A stretch of DNA of 64,000 bases from Chrysomallon squamiferum (Eukaryota > Animalia > Mollusca). The notes under the pieces are model-generated. The model had not been told where the DNA came from and ran no database searches. It worked only from the letters and a program-made list of their open reading frames with translations. The translations under genes and the position numbers were made by a program. The stretch covers positions 15,190,001-15,254,000 of the forward strand of contig CM022669.1 in NCBI GenBank assembly GCA_012295275.1, written 5' to 3'. This document shows positions 56,031-64,000 of this stretch, one piece after another. The stretch's first letter is position 1; each line of letters begins with the position of its first letter.

Positions 56031-57395
56031 AATGCCCACGGATACAGGTATAAACAGGTATAAACATATAAACCTCGTAGCTTAGAGTCTAACAGTCAGA
56101 AGAGGCATCTAAGCTCTAGCAATAGCTTCACCGCTTAAGTATCTGGTCACAGCGTATTACTAGTATTTGTTTATTGTGACGAAGTGCATATATAAAATAT
56201 CGCTGATCACTAATCTGTAGCAGAGACCCACTTGGTGAGGCGATAGCGATATCTTACGATCCACTTCCTCATCTAGAGCACTAATAACAACATTATCACG
56301 CATAATTCCTCGAAATCAATTGCACGTAAATGAATTGCTCTGATACGAAATAACCAGCGACGGTTACGTACGTACGTGGCCGCGTCAAAGATAAATCTTT
56401 CGAGCTCGTCGTTTCTCTTCGGCTTTAAAACGCGACCGTTTTGACAAAAGCGCCGATCGCTTCTTGCCAATTTCATTTCGACGATCAGCTTGCGAAACAA
56501 GTCGGAGATCACGAAAAATCCAGCATTTCGGCTTTGGCTGCCAAGCGAGTACGTTATTCGCGAACCTAATACTCGATAAGACCCTAGTGTATAGCAAGCT
56601 GATGGAAAGTGTGACTATAACGATGTTTTCCCTGGCTCGTCATGAAGTAATTTAGATGAGCCCGACCTGATCAATAGTCAAAATACATGACGCTTCAAAG
56701 TGGATGTCGGATGTACGTGCATGGGCGTATAACCCAGGGGGCCAGGGCTGGTAAATGCCCTTCTAAATTCGAAGAGAAAACAATAACAACAACAAAAGAA
56801 GTGGGTGAAATTTGGCGAAAGCAAGTAAAAATATGATACTCGTGTTTAACCAGTCCTCAAACGCCAAATTATATGTAAAGTATATATCTGGTTTTGTGAA
56901 GTAGACATGATAATATATAATATTAAGAATATACTGGTTTAATGAGATTGTGATATTAAAGTATTTATACACTTAATAATACAGAAACCAAACTACACTT
57001 TGGTTTCATCAGATAGTAACATTAGTGCCACAGATATGATAATACAGATATAAAAAAAAATAATCAGATTTTATAAAATAGTGACATTTAAGTAGTCATA
57101 AATGTGATGATGTTGGTATCATGAAATATTTAAGTAACAGTTATAAATGTGATAACAAACTGTATCACTTGTTTATTAAATACACTATAATCTCTTGAAA
57201 CTATAATGTAAAGGTTAATTAGTAAGAAAATTAGTCAAAGTTGACAATGTAGTGTATTTCGAGTAAATCTTTCCGCAGGCTGGAAAACACATAGCACAAC
57301 CTTGGATGAACCAAACACAGGACCAGACTGAAATATAACAAAGAAGAATTTGTCCAGAAAATCCACAACGTCTCAGATATAAGGCTAAAATCTGA

Positions 57396-57502
57396 CGACA
57401 GGAACTGAACACAGTTCCACGAACCTTAGCATTCGACAGGAACTGAACACAGTTCCACGAAACCTTAGCATTCGACAGGAACTGAACACAGTTCCACGAA
57501 CC
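57396..57502. repeat. Tandem repeat, 38-39-bp unit, about 2.8 copies, internal hairpin GGAACTG-AACA-CAGTTCC
   Basis: CGACAGGAACTGAACACAGTTCCACGAA(A)CCTTAGCATT is directly repeated. Confidence 0.9.
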
Positions 57503-58035
57503 CTAAGGCTGACGATTTTACAACTCAGCCGCTGAAAAATCACCGAGACACTATATTAATCCAAGTCTTCTGCTCGTGGGCATCGTGTGCTTCGAGTTAT
57601 GCTCTAATTTCAGATGATATCTCTTTGACCAGAAGACACACCGCGAATCAAGGAATCAGGCCTGTTAAAGAAAACTGCACGGTAAATATCACAGCTGTTT
57701 TATAAATAGTCTCTATTATGAACGAACCGTATTCTCCAAATCTTCAGATGTCTGCGGTATTACAGCTGTGCGAGTCTGTGCCTATCAGCTAAAACATTAA
57801 TGCAGTGAACTCGCCTACAAAAACGTACACGAAACATAACGTGTGTGTGCAATCACCGACACACAGATATACATATACTCACACTGTATAATGGTTATCA
57901 ATCTGCATTGTAATTAATAATTTATATTGAATGAACAGCGTATTTTTTCAGTGATGTAATCCATTTAAAATATATTGTCCTAGAAATATACGTATTGAAA
58001 TCATTGAATGTTTTTGATGCTACCTTTTGTTTTTG

Positions 58036-58094
<59 letters not shown>

Positions 58095-58115
58095 TTCATA
58101 ATCATCATCATCATC

Positions 58116-58182
<67 letters not shown>

Positions 58183-59381
58183 GTCAGCGAAAGAGAACGT
58201 TCGCTGTCGAATTTGTCTTAGTCCAAACTCCACAGTAAGAAAACAGTATCATCACCGTTAACCGATTCCAACAAATCTTTTCTTTCAAAATAAAATAAAT
58301 TTAAAAAAAAGATTAAAAAAACCCTATCAATAACAGAATGACCTGCAGAGTATAGATCTTGCAAACATATAATTCCGATGTCATTATATAAAAAGAAGAA
58401 AAATGTCAACACGAAAATCTTCGCTTACGAAAATAACCAAATCGAGAGTAAATGTTGAAAAGATATCTTTTAAAAACTGTCATCCACTTTGACGATAATC
58501 ACATTTTTTTTTTTTTTTTTTTTTTATGATTATATTATAAATTCATTTTTGAAAAAGAAGCCATACGAACACATATGATTTGATATTGTTAGGTTTGCTG
58601 TTAAGTTCGGCACTCAGACGTTAACCTAATCGTTGGCTTGGAATGGAGTGGATGTCCAAAATGCTGATCAATATTCACTTTTATATAAAATATGTCGCGC
58701 AATGAATGACGTCTTTGATCGGTTAGATTCCTCTTCCAGTTTAAACACACAGCGCTGTCTTTTCATAGACTCTGCCATCGATATCATTACTGCGATTATG
58801 GAAAAGATTTTTGACAAAGTTATATTTGCATTTGCTTTTGTAGATCGTTAGATTTGGGTCGATTGTTTGCTTTTCAGAAATCAAAAGCAAACGGAGAAAT
58901 AAAAGAAACTGAATAACTAAATATATATATATATAAAAAATTAAAATCTGCAAATGATATATAAGAATAAATGGGTTAAAAAAATGTTGAGTTCATAGTG
59001 TTAGAGAAAATTATTTCCTAAACGTTTTAGACGTAGTCAAGTTTCAGTGTTTCAAAACGTTTCGGACTTTGCAAACTTTTACAGACTTTTTCGTCTTTAC
59101 TTTCTTTTCTTTAACTTCGCTCGTCTTTTTGTCTCTGCTTTCCCTGCACGTTATTTTGTTTGTCTTACCATTCCTAAACAGCTTTAATTCAAACAACTTT
59201 TATTGCATTCCAGAGACATTTTCTTGTCTACTTTTATTTTCTTTTTCTTTCTTTCTTTTTTTCTATTTTATTTCGCAAAGTTAACAGTATCAAACCCGAT
59301 ATATTATGCGTTCTCCATTGATTTCAGTCAAAAAGCCACACCTTACCAAAACGACATTAACTATTAAAAGTCTCGAAATAC

Positions 59382-59439
59382 CCGCACTTTCGACTATTAT
59401 CACAGCCAGCATGACAAATAACACGCACAGTTCATACAT
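59382..59439 (-). CDS. Dpr/ZIG-8-like gene B: signal-peptide exon MYELCVLFVMLAVIIVESA
   Basis: ATG 7 nt after a possible acceptor (ttcacttcag|); hydrophobic core ending ESA; GCG G|gtattt donor in phase 1, matching the exon at 51747. Confidence 0.72.
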
Positions 59440-62400
59440 ATCGTATCTGAAGTGAACAGAGAGGTGTGTGCGACTAAGAACAAAAACCAGAGTCAATTGA
59501 AAGATCTCACAAACAGACCATTTGTACGTATTTCACGCCGTTCTGACAAGTCTTTACGTTTGATCTTGTTTCGCAAAGTCAAATTCTTGTATACACGCCT
59601 GTGAGCCGGCTTCAATAAATAATCAATTGGCCTACATGCTATTGGCAACGGATAAGTGGTCTGTACATGTGTATACAAGAAAGTTCTGTTTTCCTGAATC
59701 ACCATAATACGTGGGAAACACCACGGCACAATTGCCGCCTGGCTTTTGAACTTTTTTTTTTTTCTCTCTGTTAGAGATTCGAGTGGATTTGCATACGAAG
59801 ACGACAGCGTCGAGTGATACTGCACAGGAGCTGAGAAAATAACAGAAACGCTGAAATCGACTGCAGAAAGTGCTTCACGAAAGCTTAGATTTATACACAT
59901 TCTCCGCCGAGAAATTTTCGTCATGGAGATTCGGTTATCGGCAATAAAATATTTATTTTTTATTGAAGTGATTGCGTTATCGTTATTTATGATTAAAGGT
60001 GCATGCTGGGCCGGTACCCTTCGTCTATTTACATAATGCAAACCGATATTGTGCAAAGAAATAGAAACGAATGTAATGTATGGTGTGTTTTTTTTTAAAT
60101 GTTGACAGTTTTATGATTTAATGACTGAGCTCTAGCGCTGAGGTGGAAAGGTGAGTCGATAACTGGCTGATGTTGTTAGCGGAATAAAAATGAATCGTTT
60201 GATAAAGGAGCCGGTTGAGATAAAGAATAAGCGAAAGCATGGGTGAACGAATGAAATATTGAGTTTGTGAATAATGCATGAATAAAGTAAAAGGCATAAT
60301 AACAATAAAAATTGGCGCTTCAATAAGTCTGTGATTTAAAGAGCATAATGCTACATTTTGTTTACAACAAAAACTAAAAAGTAAAATGCATTATCCATTT
60401 AATCAACCTCCCCCAACATATTATTCTTTTAATCATGCTCTGAGTCATTCTGACTGTAAGCAAACCTATTACCAAATAAGTAGTTAATATATATATATAA
60501 TCCGTCATATTTAATACAGTTATGTGGATACGAGCGTGCATTTAAATGCACGTACGTGAGTCATAACGTGTGTTTAGCGTGGGTGTATGTCTGTGTCTGT
60601 TTTTATGATTCCAAACCAAGAAAATAAATAAGCAAGTCATAAAACTTACAGACTACACATAAAGTAATAAAAGGGGGAAAAAAAAGTTAATTAAAGTCAT
60701 ATAGAAAACAATGTTTAGTATTATAATGCATCTAAATGAGAGAAGAAATATTATCTTCTTCTAGTTTAATGTATTGAAAACGATTTACACGTGTAGATTT
60801 AACTCGACACAAGAGCCAGCGTAGCGTGTTAGTCAAAAATCGCGCACTGGTAATTATAACAGGCACTCGCCTCGTCCTAGCAGACGGGTTCACAGTATTT
60901 GACTATCATGAATACGCAAAACTCGCCAGCCTATTATTCTGTTCTCCCCGATGGAATATCATTTCAATCATACGACTTGCTCGAAAGCTAATACAGTTGT
61001 ACAAACAAATTGCCGATATGCATTCTGCCATCGAGCGACTTAATTACTGGTCTTCATATGTCATTCTGTCGAATGTTCAAAGCAAACATTTCGTCATATT
61101 CAATAAAAATAAAAAAATGTACTGTATTATACAGGAACAGAAGACGACGAGAGAATAAAGTAGATTCGACATTAATATCGCCTGTTACTAAAGATAAAAT
61201 TACCGAGAAGAAAAGCAAGAGGAAATAATAATAAACGCCACACACGACATCGTCAGAGGAAATGTATGCATAATTCTTACAACGAAGGGTAAAAATAAAT
61301 TGCTGCCGAACTGTTTGAGGTTTGTTTTTCAGCCTGTGCACAAGAGAACACGTTAATAATATTTTACATAATTCCGATAGTGATGCGTAATATTTCCCGT
61401 ACTTTACGGCGTCTAAAACATTCACGGTATACGCACAGTGCAGCCAAACAGTGCATCGGAAAACAGTAAAATTCAATCGCTGCATCGGTGTATGTTACCC
61501 TTGTGAGCACCTTACTTACTACAGGGGTGATTAAAACCAGCATTGCAGCCTGGGATCGATACGGCTAATCAAATTAAGCGACAGTGGTTGCATTAAAGGC
61601 AAGAGTGCGTTTTCCCGCTGGGCCAGAGAGAAGAGTTCGGAATAAAAAATGTTGCCCGTATCACGGCATGCTCAGAGGATTTGAGTCAATTGCTGAACGT
61701 GTGATGAAAAGTAAAGCCCACACTCTTGGTTATAAGCAGATAAATAAACTGATCGGCGTCCGGTAAGCGGATGAAAGAGGCGAGAAACTGGTCAAGGTTT
61801 TCAGAAAGATACGACTGCTGCAAACTTTGCCTGACCATAAAAGCAAGATTTGTTTTTGATTGGAGCACTCAAGAAAAATCCCTCGTACGTAACGATTAAT
61901 TCGTCTTGTGCTAAAGTTTTTAAAAAATAAAATAAAATAATAAAAGTTCATTGTATTGACATTATGAATAATTCGTCACATAAGATGAATAATTCGGTTT
62001 AGTTAAGGTTTTAAACTTCAAGATAAAGTTCATAATACCGAATTTCATGAATAACACAGCTAAGCATACAGATTTAAAGTCCAAGTGATTAGTGATTTAT
62101 GATTAAGCTCGTAAGTGATAAATTAGTTATGTCATGGCTAAGTTCATGTATCTTGCCGTACATTTGTAACTAGATATCAGTTCTGAGACATGACAGGTCT
62201 GTTCTTCTCAGCACACACTGGACTATTTTCCCGTTCAAGCCGATATCCGCTATAGTTTACCAATATCTGGATGTCGATAATATATTTTTATATTTTTGCT
62301 AATCAACAAGAGTATCTTATTGTATTATTTCAATCGCTTATTGAGTATATATGTATGTGTATGATTGTATTTATTATGTATATGTGTGTGCGTGCGTATA

Positions 62401-63204
62401 TACATGTATGCATGTATGTACGTATGTACGTATGTATGTATGTACGTATGTATGTATGTACGTATGTATGTATGTACGTACGTATGTATGTATGTATATA
62501 TGAAAGTATGTATCTGTATACATGTAAATGCTACCTTAAAAGAGTATTAATCCAAAAAAAAGTTTAGCGATGTCGTTAAGCCAATATTAATTCCTTCTTG
62601 ATTTTAATGAGTTTAACTAGTGATATTTAACATATTAATGAAACCTTCAGCATTCGACTAAACTTTTCGATACGTTATTATGTATTTCACAGCAAAGATT
62701 CAAACAACTGTAAATTTAAATAGGTTTTTAAAATCCTGGCTTTTTATAACACGTATTCATGACTTAAGAGCAAAACCGGCAGGTCATGAATAAGTAAACA
62801 GTTATCTGACAAAACATATCAGAGTTTCGATGGAACAACAAAAGTTTCACGTGTCTGAAACATTCACCACAGTTAGATAAAACCAAATATGGTGAACACT
62901 CTTAACAAATCGAGCGGAAAGTAGATAAGTTGAAAACGTTCAGTTGGGGTAAAATGTCAGTAGACATAAAACGATTAAAATTTGCAGTCCATTCAACACT
63001 GGCGTACTTACGTTAGTTTTGGACAGCGAGTTTTGAGAATAAAGGTGCCGCGAAATTCTCAGTAATTAATAGGTATTGTATGTGCGGGTAAAAACTGTGC
63101 ATATCTTCTTAACAGTTTTCACAGCAGTCTACATGTTCAGCATCTGTGTTAATGAAGACGTTTTCTTTACTGTATTTATTATAATTGCCACCAGTTAAAT
63201 TTGC

Positions 63205-63650
63205 TATATCTGGCTATAATCTTGTTATATCTTAATATATCTTGCTATGCATTGCAATATCTTCATATATCTTTATATATCTATCTTTATCTGATTATAC
63301 CTTGTTATATCTAGTTATATCTTATTTATATCTCTCTATATTGTGTTATAATTTTAGTATATCTTGTTATATCTTGGTATATCTTGGTATATCTCGCTAT
63401 ATCTTACTATATCTTGTTATATCTTACTATATCTCGCTATATTTTGTTATATCTTGGTACGTCTTGCTATACTGTTATACATGGCGATGTCTTTTTACAT
63501 CTTACAAATTCTCGTTACGTCTTGCTGTTTTTGCTGTTTCGCTATATTTTGCTTTATCTGATTATATCTTGTTTTGTTTTGCTATATCTTACTGCATAGT
63601 GCAATATCTTGTTATGTATTGTTATATGTTTCTACAGCTTGCATTATCTT
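63205..63650. repeat. Degenerate satellite, unit of about 10 bp (ATATCTTGYT-like)
   Basis: Recurring atatcttgtt/atatcttact/atatctcgct units. Confidence 0.75.
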
Positions 63651-64000
63651 GCTGTAACGAAAACAAAATTATTAATGTGATTGTTAAATAAATGACTAGC
63701 GATAAAATTATCTTTCTTTTCACGCCAGGAATTAATTTCATTTTGACAGATACTGTTATATTGTTATATCCTTAATTTACTGAATGTATAATGAATTTTA
63801 TCCACACAAATCAAAATACATATGTTCATTCATCACAATATTTTATAGATCTGAATAAATTAAGAGAAATCTCTACCATATCAGTGTACAAGTAAAGAAA
63901 CAAAAATGAAAAAAAAATACTACTGAACATAATTCATTCATTACACTTCTGAGTGTATCGAAAATAAGGTTAATAACCTCTGTTAACCTTAATATTTAGG

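Noticed and set aside
56710-56762. CATGGGCGTA...GGGGG transposon-end-like sequence
   Set aside because: No matching opposite terminus or TSD located.
57396-57502. CRISPR-like array of palindromic repeats
   Set aside because: Intervening sequences are identical rather than unique spacers, there are no cas genes, and the context is a eukaryotic intron.
59348-59381. Alternative donor TTG|gtaagg extending the gene B signal exon
   Set aside because: Phase 0, incompatible with the phase-1 acceptor at 51747.
59493-60056. 187-aa minus-strand ORF
   Set aside because: No recognisable domain, non-ATG start, crosses a homopolymer run; more likely UTR, intron or promoter of gene B.
61585-61626. tRNA or tRNA-derived SINE B-box-like string
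   Set aside because: No cloverleaf, A box or GTTC core.

Overview
Eukaryotic, AT-rich, microsatellite-dense animal genomic DNA, probably lophotrochozoan or molluscan (inferred from the gene type and repeat style). Nearly all entries in the ORF track are simple-repeat artefacts. Manual splice reconstruction gives three genes. (1) The 3' part of a two-Ig Dpr/ZIG-8-like cell-surface gene on + (exons 2208-2240, 6198-6488, 8335-8358, 10310-10458; the Ig1 exons would lie upstream of the window). (2) A complete, convergently oriented paralog on - (7 coding exons, 59439 down to 39399, 303 aa: signal peptide, Ig1, Ig2, KR microexon, GPI-type tail). (3) Between them, a 3-exon, 70-codon gene on + (14358-18204) that the ORF track does not assemble, with a GC-AG first intron. 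It encodes a signal peptide, an acidic tyrosine-rich peptide of about 20 aa (QRMEDRDYDDDDYYDVKVLS) and a GPI-type signal, so it is a candidate CD24/CD52-like GPI-anchored micropeptide nested in a Dpr-like cluster. Also seen: symmetric phase-1 microexons that could toggle glycosylation, cleavage or sulfation sites; an intronic inverted repeat bracketing an in-frame 348-nt exon block; a near-identical A-B-A-X-B duplication; and small MITE/Helitron-like remnants and minisatellites. No expression or database evidence was available, so all models rest on the sequence alone.
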